64,000 nucleotides of DNA from Candidatus Woesearchaeota archaeon (GCA_016784165.1 JADHVD010000005.1:3385-67384); one strand, 5' to 3'. Shown: positions 40,428-50,315, numbered from the stretch's first letter. The notes: a model not told the origin generated them from the letters alone. Translations and numbers: made by a program.

Positions 40428-40446
40428 AGTTTGGGGGGGTAATATA

Positions 40447-40566
40447 ATGCAAAAGGAAAAAGTAAAAGTTGTAGAAATTAAAGCAATAAAAGACTACCTT
40501 AAACTAAACACTAAAAAATTAAGTTTTGTTGAATTTCTGAAAAAATGGAAATCCAAGAAGAAATAG
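40447..40566 (+). CDS. 39-aa basic micro-protein (below ORF-track cutoff)
   Basis: TATA box and GGGGGGGT RBS; MQKEKVKVVEIKAIKDYLKLNTKKLSFVEFLKKWKSKKK. Confidence 0.5.
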   Translation: MQKEKVKVVEIKAIKDYLKLNTKKLSFVEFLKKWKSKKK

Positions 40567-40691
40567 AAAAAGATCTATTAGAAAAACCAAATGAAAGTGA
40601 TGACTTTTATGGTCACATTGAAGAGAATCTTAATGATGACGAAATAAGTCCAGAAGAAGCTGGTTTCATGATGGGTTTTAATGAGGAATAG
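40545..40691 (+). CDS. 48-aa acidic micro-protein with DEISPxEAxFMxG motif (below ORF-track cutoff)
   Basis: MEIQEEIEKDLLEKPNESDDFYGHIEENLNDDEISPEEAGFMMGFNEE; motif shared with ORF 6552-6851. Confidence 0.7.
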   Translation: MEIQEEIEKDLLEKPNESDDFYGHIEENLNDDEISPEEAGFMMGFNEE

Positions 40692-40695
40692 AAAT

Positions 40696-41169
40696 TTAAG
40701 AAATCAAAGATAAATTTTCTTTGGTTATCCCTTTAGAAGTATCCACCAATAATATCTTATGTCCATTTTCTTTTGCCTCTTCGAAACAAACATTAAATAT
40801 TTCTGCTTCAATATTATCTTTTATTTTTTGCAAAGAATATTTTCTTTTTTTTAATCTTTTTTTCAACACATCAATTTCACATTTAGTAACAACACAAAGA
40901 TCTATATACTTTTTAGGAAGATAATGGCTCATATGGGAATCAATAATTAATTCTTCTTTAGAAAATTTAATTAATTCGATCAAAAATTTATTTAATTTTT
41001 CCACATCAACAATATTGCACTCCATCTCTTTATCATAACTTTCAGCAAGTTTATTTCTCTTAACAACATCATTTACATCAATATATTTAAAACCCAAAAA
41101 CTTCGAAAGTTTTTTAGCCAAAGTAGTTTTCCCAGAACCTACAGAACCAGTAACAATTATAGTTTTCAT
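40696..41169 (-). CDS. Adenylate kinase-like ATPase, Fap7/AK6 family
   Basis: TGSVGSGKT, LIIDSH, RL..R.Y...KI.DN.EAE. Confidence 0.9.
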   Translation of the reverse strand: MKTIIVTGSVGSGKTTLAKKLSKFLGFKYIDVNDVVKRNKLAESYDKEMECNIVDVEKLNKFLIELIKFSKEELIIDSHMSHYLPKKYIDLCVVTKCEIDVLKKRLKKRKYSLQKIKDNIEAEIFNVCFEEAKENGHKILLVDTSKGITKENLSLIS

Positions 41170-41181
41170 TATTTTGTATTA

Positions 41182-41448
41182 TTAAACAGCTTTCTTAACT
41201 ATATAATGTGTCAATGTTAAAATTATCAAGCCTACAACAATTCCTGAAAAATTAGAAAAGGCAGGGTAATCAGGGAACCAATACTGATTCATTATATTAT
41301 AAACTCCCCTCCAAACTAGAATAATTCCTATAAACACAGTCAAAGAAGCAAACATCTGATTTATGTGTCCCAACTCTCTAAACTTACTAAAGAAATACTC
41401 TTCTTGTTTTTTTAAACCCCTTTTGAGTTTTCCAAATCCAAAAACCAT
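41182..41448 (-). CDS. Small two-TM membrane protein
   Basis: GIILVWRGV...GLIIL hydrophobic helices. Confidence 0.7.
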   Translation of the reverse strand: MVFGFGKLKRGLKKQEEYFFSKFRELGHINQMFASLTVFIGIILVWRGVYNIMNQYWFPDYPAFSNFSGIVVGLIILTLTHYIVKKAV

Positions 41449-41536
41449 AATATATAAAGAACTATTTAGATATATAAAAGTTATGTTTTAACACACCAAA
41501 TCGCTATATTTTTATACTAGACTAATTTCAATAACT

Positions 41537-42055
41537 TTGATGCGTAAGTCATTAAGGTTGCCTAAGCCAAGAAAAATGGCCGGCAATGCTTCACTAATAA
41601 AAAGAGGTATTGCATTTATCATAGATTTATTAATCCTAAATCTGATAGTCATCTATCCATTCAAAAAATACCTTTCTAATTTAATTCCAGAGTTTATCTC
41701 ATTTGAAGAATCCTATAATTATGTACTAAATAATCCAGAGATAAGTTACAGCATCTATTCAATAAGCATTGCAATAGCAATACTCACAATAGCATATTTC
41801 TCAATTCTTGAATTAAAATTAGGGCAAACAATAGGTAAAAAAATACTAAAACTAAAAGTGATTTCAACAACAAAAGAACAAAAAGTTTGGCAATACATAA
41901 TAAGAAGTTTATTCCTTATCCCCCTCTTCCCTTTCATGTTATTATGGCTATTAGATCCAATATATTTATTTTTCAATAAACAAGGCCAAAGATTCACAGA
42001 ATCCTTAAGCAAAACAAAAGTTATCCAAGAATTTACTTGGGGGTATACTCAATGA
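41537..42055 (+). CDS. RDD family membrane protein
   Basis: KRGIAFIID, GQTIGKKILKLKV, QR....SKTKV. Confidence 0.9.
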   Translation: MMRKSLRLPKPRKMAGNASLIKRGIAFIIDLLILNLIVIYPFKKYLSNLIPEFISFEESYNYVLNNPEISYSIYSISIAIAILTIAYFSILELKLGQTIGKKILKLKVISTTKEQKVWQYIIRSLFLIPLFPFMLLWLLDPIYLFFNKQGQRFTESLSKTKVIQEFTWGYTQ

Positions 42056-42978
42056 AAGAAAAAACACAAAAAAATAAAGATCAAAGTTGGAAATTCATAT
42101 TCAAAACATTAATTATGTTATTTATATTAAGTTGGATTCTTGCAGGAATTCTTCCTGCTTTATTTTATGAATCATCAGAAATTGGAAACATTGCAGTAAT
42201 TCCAATAAAAGGTGTAATAACATCAGAATCTGGCTCAACATTAGGACAAAGCAATGTAGCTGCAACAGAACTAATAAAACTAATAAAAAAAGCAGATGAG
42301 TCGCCAGGAATACAAGCTATTTTATTTGATATAAATTCACCAGGCGGTTCAGCAGTAGCCTCAAGTAACATAGCAGAAGCCATAAAAAAAGTAAATAAAA
42401 CCACTATTTCAGTAATCACAGAAGTTGGAGCCTCCGGAGCTTATTGGGCTGCAACAGCAACAGATAAAATATTCGCTAACAAGATGTCAATAACTGGTTC
42501 AATTGGAGTAATTGGTTCTTACTTAGAGTTCGCAAACTTTCTTCAAAATTATAACATCACTTATCAAAGACTTACTGCAGGAAAATACAAAGACTTAGGA
42601 AGTCCATTAAAAGAATTAGAATATGATGAGAAATTAATACTTCAATCAATAATGGATAAAATTCACAATTACTTTATAGAAGATGTAGCACTAAATAGAA
42701 ACCTATCAAAAGAAAAAGTAGAAGAACTAGCAAATGGATTATTTTATCTGGGAGAAGATGCAAAGGAATATGGTTTAATTGATTTCATAGGATCAAAAGA
42801 AGATGCAGTAACTTACATTGAAAAAGAATTAAACATAACAGCAAAACTAGCAGAATATAAAAAAGAAAAAACATTCATAGAAATATTAAGTCAAGCAATA
42901 AGTGAAAAATTCTTTTATGTTGGAAAGGGTATAAGTGAAGGTTTCTTAAGTAAAGAAAAACTACAAATTCTAACTTAA
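42052..42978 (+). CDS. sppA: Signal peptide peptidase SppA (S49)
   Basis: INSPGGS, GASGAYW, TGSIGV, GKYKD; ATGA overlap with RDD gene. Confidence 0.95.
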   Translation: MKEKTQKNKDQSWKFIFKTLIMLFILSWILAGILPALFYESSEIGNIAVIPIKGVITSESGSTLGQSNVAATELIKLIKKADESPGIQAILFDINSPGGSAVASSNIAEAIKKVNKTTISVITEVGASGAYWAATATDKIFANKMSITGSIGVIGSYLEFANFLQNYNITYQRLTAGKYKDLGSPLKELEYDEKLILQSIMDKIHNYFIEDVALNRNLSKEKVEELANGLFYLGEDAKEYGLIDFIGSKEDAVTYIEKELNITAKLAEYKKEKTFIEILSQAISEKFFYVGKGISEGFLSKEKLQILT

Positions 42979-43623
42979 ATCTTCAATATTGATTAATGGT
43001 TTCCTAAATTTATCTGCATCATCAATTATTCTAGGACAAGCAGTATTCACAAACATCTCAACAAAAGGAAAATCTTCTAAACTTCCAAAATCAATTGTGT
43101 CAAACATCAAAAAATAAAAATTCTTATCAGGATATTTATTCCTAAGCCCCAAAGCAGATTTAAGAAACTGTTGTCCTGGTTTAACACTCACTAAAACCCC
43201 TATTTCTTTGCTAGTCAAAAATTTAAGTCTAGCACCTTTAATCCTCTTTTTAACCCAATCAACCATTTCATCTTCTAATTCTTTATATTTTTTAGAAAAA
43301 GGATTATACACAAAAACCTGTTTTTCGTTTTTCAATTTAAGCGCAATAGGATGAAATCCGCCATCCCCAATATAAAGAAAACAATCAACGCCATCCACTT
43401 TATCAACACTACACCCTAATATTTGACCACAATATTTAGCATGCCTTCCTTTTACAACCACTACTTTTTTTCCAGCATCCATCAACTGTTTTTTCACATC
43501 ATCAAGACTATTCAAAAATTGTACAGTACTAAATAAAGCAACCCTCTGAGGTAATTTACTAATCAATTCTTCAGGAATTTTATTTTGCCCTTTAACTCTT
43601 GCTTCAATAAATATCTTTTTCAT
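42970..43623 (-). CDS. dph2: Diphthamide synthesis protein Dph2, lacking the N-terminal domain (ORF track start 43710)
   Basis: TVQF, GQILGC, GDGGFH, KPGQ, NTACPRI. Confidence 0.88.
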   Translation of the reverse strand: MKKIFIEARVKGQNKIPEELISKLPQRVALFSTVQFLNSLDDVKKQLMDAGKKVVVVKGRHAKYCGQILGCSVDKVDGVDCFLYIGDGGFHPIALKLKNEKQVFVYNPFSKKYKELEDEMVDWVKKRIKGARLKFLTSKEIGVLVSVKPGQQFLKSALGLRNKYPDKNFYFLMFDTIDFGSLEDFPFVEMFVNTACPRIIDDADKFRKPLINIEDLS

Positions 43624-43739
43624 ACAAACAGATAATTTTTTCATATTTATATTACTTGTGATTAGAGTTTCCAAGTTATTCAACTGTTCAACTAAACAAT
43701 TACGTAACATTTAAATACTATTACCACTTCCCAAAATTT

Positions 43740-44015
43740 ATGCCAAGCAGAGATGAGGTGCTCTCAAAAGCGATTTCTTCTAGTTCTAGACGTACTATTC
43801 TTAGACTCTTGTGTAAACACCCCCACACTGTTACAAATATAGCAAAAGCCATGGAAATTTCTACGTCGCTTGCTTCAAAACATCTCACTCTCTTGGATTA
43901 TTTTGGCATAATAACCTCAGAAGTGAAATTCCCAAAAAAATATTATTCTATCAAACTCAAAAGCATAAAAACACTCCTTAATGTTTATGATGGAATTTTG
44001 GAGGAAATGAAATGA
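43740..44015 (+). CDS. ArsR-family HTH regulator
   Basis: KAISSSSRRTILRLL...TVTNIA...SKHLTLL...YYS. Confidence 0.85.
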   Translation: MPSRDEVLSKAISSSSRRTILRLLCKHPHTVTNIAKAMEISTSLASKHLTLLDYFGIITSEVKFPKKYYSIKLKSIKTLLNVYDGILEEMK

Positions 44016-44425
44016 AAGATCAAATAACCCAATTTCAAATCGCATTAATTGAATTAAATAGGCATATTTCCTACAAAAAAACAGATCAAGCAATCTCATC
44101 TTATAACAAATTAAACGAGATGTATCAAAATATCCTTAACTCAGATTCAACAGAAGAAGAAAAACATTATGTTTATTATATTTTAACAAGCGCCCACAAC
44201 AATTTAACAACAACTAAAACTAATTTTCACCTAAAGATTCCAGAAATAGTAATATCTTCTTTTTTTATATTCTCTGCAATTATACTTCATCTTTTAAACC
44301 CCACAATCACTGGAATGCTTATCGCAAAACAACAACCAGTAATGGCAAGCGGAGTATTATTCATACCCTTAGTATTAATTATAATTCCCATAGCAATTAT
44401 AATCAGAAATATTATCAAAAAATGA
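44012..44425 (+). CDS. Hypothetical membrane protein with N-terminal helical bundle
   Basis: ATGA overlaps both sides; PTITG motif between two TM helices. Confidence 0.65.
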   Translation: MKDQITQFQIALIELNRHISYKKTDQAISSYNKLNEMYQNILNSDSTEEEKHYVYYILTSAHNNLTTTKTNFHLKIPEIVISSFFIFSAIILHLLNPTITGMLIAKQQPVMASGVLFIPLVLIIIPIAIIIRNIIKK

Positions 44426-47049
44426 AGTACTATCAAAAAACAAAAAAAGAGGTGCTCAATCTACTTGACAGCTCAGAAAAAGGTCTAAGCCAAATAGAAG
44501 TAGAACAAAGAATAAGGGAAAATGGATTGAATGAGTTAAAAGAAACAAAAAAAATAAATCCCCTTAAGATTTTCTTAGCTCAATTTGAGAGTTTCATAGT
44601 ATATATTCTGATAATTGCAGTAATTGTTTCTATTTTTATAGGTTATCATGAATATAGCACAAATGGAGGAAATTTACTTCTTCATATGGCTGAAGCAATC
44701 GCCATATTTTCAATATTAATAATCAACGCAATAATTGGATTTATACAAGAATACAGAGCAGAAAAATCTATAGATGCACTTAAAAAATTAGCAACTCCAA
44801 AAGCCAAAGTAATACGAAATCAAAAAACAATAGAAATTGATTCCAAATTTCTTGTGCCGGGAGATATAATAATAATCCAGGAAGGTGATAAAATACCTGC
44901 AGACGCAAGAATCATTTATTCAAAAAATCTAGAAATACAAGAATCTTCCCTTACAGGAGAATCAAATTCAACAAGTAAATCTTCTTCAACAATCAATAAA
45001 GATATCCCGCTAGCAGATCAAAAAAATATGTTATTTTCAAGTACGATTGCAGTCAGGGGTTATGCAAAAGCTATTGTTGTAAAAACAGGCATGGAAACGC
45101 AAATTGGGAAAATAGCAGAACTAATCCAAGAAACAAAAGAAGAATTAACCCCTTTGCAACTAAAATTAAAAAAATTAGGCAAACTTCTTGGAATAGCCAC
45201 CATAATAATTTGTGTAGTTGTATTTCTAACAGGAATCTTAAAAGGTGGAACTAGTTACGAAAACATCAGCACCATTTTTTTAATAGCAATAAGTTTAGCA
45301 GTCGCAGCGATTCCAGAAGGACTTCCAGCAGTTGTTACAATTTCTTTAGCATTGGGAGTAAAAAGAATGCTTAAAAAAAATGTATTAATGAGAAGTCTAC
45401 CCAGTGTAGAAACATTAGGAGCAACAACAGTAATCTGTTCAGATAAAACAGGTACATTAACAAGAAATGAGATGACTGTAAGAAAAGTATATGTAGATAA
45501 AACAGAAATAAATGTAAAAGGAGAGGGTTATTCTAAAATAGGGGAATTTCTTAAAAAAACAATTAATCTCCCATTACTTCTAAAAATAGGTGCATTATGT
45601 AATGATTCTGCAATCCAAAAAAACAAAGCAATTGGAGATCCAACAGAATCTGCATTAATAATCAGTGCTTCAAAATTAGGTTTAGAAAAAGAATTTCTTG
45701 AAAAAACATCTCCAAGAATAGATGAAATTCCTTTTAGTTCTGAAAGAAAATTAATGAGTACAATTCATCAAACAAAAAAAGGAAAATATATCTACACTAA
45801 AGGCGCTCCTGATGTGCTACTCAATATCTGTTCTCACATAAAGATAAAAAATAAAATAAAAAAATTAACTGAAAAAGATAAACAAGAAATTTTAGAAAAA
45901 AATAATCAATTCGCAAATAATGCATTGAGAGTATTAGGTTTTGCTTACAAAAAAACAGATAACCTAAAAGAAAAAAATCTTATTTTTATAGGATTACAAG
46001 CAATGCAAGATCCTCCAAGACAAGGGGTAAAACAAGATATTGCAAAATGTAAAAAAGCAGGAATCAAAGTAATAATGATAACTGGTGATCATCAACTTAC
46101 AGCAGAAGCAATAGCAAGAGAAATTGGCCTTACAGGGAAAAGCATAACTGGCGAAGAAATAGAAAAAAACATACACAACATAGAAGATATTTCTATTTGT
46201 GCAAGAGTTAATCCAAGCCATAAAATGAAAATAATAACTGCACTAAAAAAAGCAGGCCACATTGTAGCAATGACTGGAGATGGTGTGAATGATGCTCCTG
46301 CACTAAAAAAAGCAGATATAGGCATCTCTATGGGTATCAAAGGAACAGATGTAGCTAAAGAAGCTTCTGACCTTATACTAACAGATGACCGTTTCGGCTC
46401 AATTGTAAATGCAATAAAAGAAGGAAGGGGAATTTATATCAACATAAAGAAATTTGTAAACTACCTTCTTTCAAGCAATCTGGGAGAAATTCTTATTATT
46501 TTCATTGCAAGCTTACTAGGTTGGCCGTTACCACTTTTAGCTCTCCAAATACTTTGGATAAATCTAATAACTGACGGTCTACCAGCCTTAGCGTTAGGAA
46601 TAGACCCCATAAGTAAAGGAATAATGTCTTTAAAACCAAGAGATCCAAAAGAACATATTGTAAGTAAAAATATGTCATTAAAAATAATATTTATGGGTAT
46701 TCTTATTTGTATCGCAACATTAACATTATTCAAGCAATATCTTCCAGACTTAGAAAAAGCAAGAACAATCGCATTTACAAGTCTTGTGGTGTTTGAATTA
46801 GTAAGAGTATACATGGTAAGATCACAATATAAATTAAGTGTATTTTCAAATAAATATCTTATCGGAGCAGTAACAATTTCAATTTTACTACAAATTATTG
46901 TAGTCTACAGCCCACTAAATATAATTTTCCAAACAACCCCCTTAAGTATGTTTGAATGGCTCTACATTGCCCTTACAGCAGTAATAATGTTTATTATAGG
47001 TACAATTACAATACCTCTAATCAAAAAAATAACTCATCAAACAGATTAA
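44422..47049 (+). CDS. P-type ATPase, type IIA (Ca2+-transporting, SERCA-like)
   Basis: TGES, IPEGLP, DKTGT, KGAPD, TGDGVND; SSNLGE and INLITD TM motifs. Confidence 0.95.
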   Translation: MKYYQKTKKEVLNLLDSSEKGLSQIEVEQRIRENGLNELKETKKINPLKIFLAQFESFIVYILIIAVIVSIFIGYHEYSTNGGNLLLHMAEAIAIFSILIINAIIGFIQEYRAEKSIDALKKLATPKAKVIRNQKTIEIDSKFLVPGDIIIIQEGDKIPADARIIYSKNLEIQESSLTGESNSTSKSSSTINKDIPLADQKNMLFSSTIAVRGYAKAIVVKTGMETQIGKIAELIQETKEELTPLQLKLKKLGKLLGIATIIICVVVFLTGILKGGTSYENISTIFLIAISLAVAAIPEGLPAVVTISLALGVKRMLKKNVLMRSLPSVETLGATTVICSDKTGTLTRNEMTVRKVYVDKTEINVKGEGYSKIGEFLKKTINLPLLLKIGALCNDSAIQKNKAIGDPTESALIISASKLGLEKEFLEKTSPRIDEIPFSSERKLMSTIHQTKKGKYIYTKGAPDVLLNICSHIKIKNKIKKLTEKDKQEILEKNNQFANNALRVLGFAYKKTDNLKEKNLIFIGLQAMQDPPRQGVKQDIAKCKKAGIKVIMITGDHQLTAEAIAREIGLTGKSITGEEIEKNIHNIEDISICARVNPSHKMKIITALKKAGHIVAMTGDGVNDAPALKKADIGISMGIKGTDVAKEASDLILTDDRFGSIVNAIKEGRGIYINIKKFVNYLLSSNLGEILIIFIASLLGWPLPLLALQILWINLITDGLPALALGIDPISKGIMSLKPRDPKEHIVSKNMSLKIIFMGILICIATLTLFKQYLPDLEKARTIAFTSLVVFELVRVYMVRSQYKLSVFSNKYLIGAVTISILLQIIVVYSPLNIIFQTTPLSMFEWLYIALTAVIMFIIGTITIPLIKKITHQTD

Positions 47050-47070
47050 AATACCTAATAAAAAATAAAA

Positions 47071-47106
47071 GATAAGAAATAAAGGATAAGAAATAAAGGA
47101 TAAGAA
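47071..47106. repeat. 14-bp tandem repeat (GATAAGAAATAAAG x2.6) just upstream of permease start
   Basis: Direct reading. Confidence 0.85.
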
Positions 47107-47119
47107 GGAAAAAGAGAAA

Positions 47120-49045
47120 ATGACAGAATTAAAAAAAGTATTAAGCTTTAAAGTGATTTTATTAATCACAATTAACTCTATAATAGGTTCAGGTCTTTTC
47201 TTTTTACCAGCAATTGGAGCAAGATACGCAGGACCAGCATCAATTTTAGCCTGGATAATAGTTGCAATTATAACTATCTATACAGCAACATGTTTTGCAG
47301 AATTAGTTTCAATGTATCCTAAAGCAGGAGGCATCTATGAGTTTAGTAAACATGCTTATGGAAGATTCTTTTCTTTTCTCGTTGGTTGGATTGCTTGGTT
47401 AGTTGGAAACATAACAACAGCAATGCTCATTGTAGGTGCAATTCAATATCTATTACCTTATAATGCACCCATATTTGTAATAAGTAAAATAATCATTTCA
47501 TTATTATGGGTTGTAATTTTTAATGTGATGGCTTATCGCGGAATGAAAACTTCTGCATTCATGTTAGTCACTTTTGCAATAATCACTATTGGAATTATTT
47601 TTATGTTAATGATCCCAACAATACCTCATTTAAATTTTTCAAACTTAAGTCCTTTTTTCATACATAATTCACTTTTCAAAAATCTTTCTGCTATATTTAT
47701 AGCTGTATTTTTTACATCTCAAGCATTCTTTGGATTAGAAAGTGTATGTTTTTTAGCAGAAGAAACAAAAAAACCAGAAAAAGTACTTCCAAGAGCATTA
47801 TTAATAGGTGTAACAATAATAGCTGGATTAATTATCTTACTTGTTGTAACGAGTTTAAGTACCTTACATTGGAAAGCATTTAGCTTAAGTGCAGCACCTT
47901 TTGCAGATTTAGCACAATTATTAATGGGTAATTGGGGAAGAGATATACTAACAATAGGAACTTATCTTGTAATAATTGGAGCAGCAGCTGGGTGGGTTGT
48001 AACAGGGCCAAGATTAATTCTTGCATTAACAAGAGATAAATTATTTCTACCCCAATTTAAAGATATTCACAAAAAATATCACACACCACATAAAGCAATA
48101 ATATTCCAATCAATTGCAACAAGCATGTTTATTTTAATGAGTTTTTCTGGAAAAGGGTATGAAACACTTTTAGAAATGTTGATCCCTTTGGTTCTAATAA
48201 TAATGAGTGCAGCAATTTTTGCTGTTCCAGTATTAAGAAATAAAAAACCAAACAAAAAAAGACCTTTCAAAGCACCTTTTGGTTATGTTGGCCCAATCAT
48301 TATTCTTTTATTTAATATATTTCTGGTATTCTTATGGCTTACACATGAAGCTGGAGCTTTTTATTTATTAAAAGTAGGATTTTCTTTCATCCTTGTAGGA
48401 ATTCCAATTTATTTATTAATATCATTATATTATGATCCAAAAATGTTGAGAAAAGTAGATGACATGTTTGCATATTTTTATCTCTTAACTGAAAATATTT
48501 CAATCCCTTTAAAAGTAAGAAAAGAGATAATTAGGCTTATAGGAAATATTAAAGGAAAAACAGTTCTTGAATTTGGGTGTTCTGTTGGAACAATGACTAT
48601 GCATTTAGCAGAAGAAGTTGGACCAAAAGGAAAAATTTATGCAGTAGATATTTCATTACATGATTTAAATATAACTAAAAAAAGAATAAAACAAAAAGGC
48701 CATAAACATATTAAATTGCTACACGATCCACTACATAGCACAAGAGTACATCCCAAAGTGCCTGTAATTGATATCATAGTATCAGTAGGGATGTTGGGTT
48801 ATGTCCAACACCCAACAAAAGTGTTAAAAGAAATGAATCAAAGATTAAAGATTGGTGACAAAATTTGTTTTGTAGATTATGATAACTTTTTTGGATTGAT
48901 TCCAAATAAAAGATGGTTAACAAGCAATGAACACATTCAAACTCATTTTAAAGAGGCAGGGTTTAAAATCAAAATAGTAAGAAAACAATCTTTATTTTGG
49001 CAGTATCTTTATATTTATGGAAAAAAGAAAGAAGAGGTAAACTAA
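47120..49045 (+). CDS. APC amino-acid permease fused to C-terminal class I SAM-methyltransferase-like domain
   Basis: IIGSGLF, FFGLES..LAEE..KP, RPFKAP; then VLEFGCSVG, YAVDIS, VLKEMNQRLK.GD. Confidence 0.9.
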   Translation: MTELKKVLSFKVILLITINSIIGSGLFFLPAIGARYAGPASILAWIIVAIITIYTATCFAELVSMYPKAGGIYEFSKHAYGRFFSFLVGWIAWLVGNITTAMLIVGAIQYLLPYNAPIFVISKIIISLLWVVIFNVMAYRGMKTSAFMLVTFAIITIGIIFMLMIPTIPHLNFSNLSPFFIHNSLFKNLSAIFIAVFFTSQAFFGLESVCFLAEETKKPEKVLPRALLIGVTIIAGLIILLVVTSLSTLHWKAFSLSAAPFADLAQLLMGNWGRDILTIGTYLVIIGAAAGWVVTGPRLILALTRDKLFLPQFKDIHKKYHTPHKAIIFQSIATSMFILMSFSGKGYETLLEMLIPLVLIIMSAAIFAVPVLRNKKPNKKRPFKAPFGYVGPIIILLFNIFLVFLWLTHEAGAFYLLKVGFSFILVGIPIYLLISLYYDPKMLRKVDDMFAYFYLLTENISIPLKVRKEIIRLIGNIKGKTVLEFGCSVGTMTMHLAEEVGPKGKIYAVDISLHDLNITKKRIKQKGHKHIKLLHDPLHSTRVHPKVPVIDIIVSVGMLGYVQHPTKVLKEMNQRLKIGDKICFVDYDNFFGLIPNKRWLTSNEHIQTHFKEAGFKIKIVRKQSLFWQYLYIYGKKKEEVN

Positions 49046-49647
49046 TGAAACAAATGAACAAAAGAGCCCAAGCAGCCATGGAATTCTTAATGACTTATGG
49101 ATGGGCAATCCTAGTTGTTTTAATAGCAATTGGAGCATTAGCTTACTTTGGAGTATTAAACCCTAACAAGTTTTTACCACAAAGCTGTACCCTAAGCCCC
49201 GGATTAAGTTGTATAGACTTCGCAGTTTATTCTGACGGAGTTGTGATAAAGATAGCTAACGGTATGGGGTCAGATCTTAATAGTTTAGAAGTAGGTGTTG
49301 AAAATTGTATGACTGCCTCTATGGGGATAAATTATATTGGTAATCTTCCTAATGGGAAAGGAGATACTTACATGATGTTTTGCCAATTAACAGCAGGATC
49401 CAGATTTAAAGAAGATATTTTTATAAATTACATAAAAGATGACGGATCATTAGTCCATGAAAAAGTGGGAACAATAATTGCAAAGGTTGAAAATATGCCA
49501 AAAGCAGCAGAATATGTTTGTAAAAATGCACACGACGCAGATAATGCTAACTCACTAGATGTATTTTGTGGAGCATTAAACAATACATACAATGGAAACC
49601 CGGATTTTTTAACAGAATTCTGTGAGCCATTTAATTATTGCACATGA
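49045..49647 (+). CDS. Major-type archaeal pilin 4 with Cys-containing tail (ORF track start 48997)
   Basis: KRA/QAAMEFLMTYGW; TAATG overlap and GAGGT RBS. Confidence 0.9.
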   Translation: MKQMNKRAQAAMEFLMTYGWAILVVLIAIGALAYFGVLNPNKFLPQSCTLSPGLSCIDFAVYSDGVVIKIANGMGSDLNSLEVGVENCMTASMGINYIGNLPNGKGDTYMMFCQLTAGSRFKEDIFINYIKDDGSLVHEKVGTIIAKVENMPKAAEYVCKNAHDADNANSLDVFCGALNNTYNGNPDFLTEFCEPFNYCT

Positions 49648-49658
49648 GGTATTAAAAA

Positions 49659-50315
49659 ATGACAAGAAAGATAAAAAAATCTTTAAGTTGTACAAAAAAT
49701 TTAGGTACAATAAAAAGTAAATTATTAATGATTATGTTTGTAATGATAATAGCCACACCAATTGTTTTTGGAGGCACTATCGGTGCAAATGATTTAGCAG
49801 AATATCAAGCAAAATGTGGATTAGAATACGTTTACAGACAGGAAAATTCAGTTTTTAATGATGGAGGTAATTCATCATCAGCCCTAAATAACCTTATGAA
49901 TGCAACACCAGGTAATAACCACACTGTAAGTGACGAAACAGTTTACAATCAAATGAAGTATGTGGTAGATAGGTTCCGGAATCCTTATTCATCATCCGAT
50001 TGTAATGATACTTGTGACAGCTTAGGATACAAATGTGACCATCAAACAATATGTGGCGTATCAGAAAACTGTGGAATATGTAATCCAGGATGGACTTGTA
50101 ACGAAGGAACATGTGAAGAAGAACAACAACCAGAATGTACAAACGGAATAGATGACGATAATGATGAAAAAACTGATAGGCAGGATGCATCATGCGCTTG
50201 CGGAGGACCAAGAGAAATAGGGGGATGTGGACAAGGAAGTCATTGCAATAACCCAGAGGACTGTTACAGTGGATTATTAACTTGCCTCGATCGTAAATGT
50301 GTTTATCTACCCTAG
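49659..50315 (+). CDS. Secreted Cys-rich protein with Asp-rich Ca-binding-like motif
   Basis: N-terminal hydrophobic segment; ECTNGIDDDNDEKTDRQDASC; many Cys. Confidence 0.75.
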   Translation: MTRKIKKSLSCTKNLGTIKSKLLMIMFVMIIATPIVFGGTIGANDLAEYQAKCGLEYVYRQENSVFNDGGNSSSALNNLMNATPGNNHTVSDETVYNQMKYVVDRFRNPYSSSDCNDTCDSLGYKCDHQTICGVSENCGICNPGWTCNEGTCEEEQQPECTNGIDDDNDEKTDRQDASCACGGPREIGGCGQGSHCNNPEDCYSGLLTCLDRKCVYLP

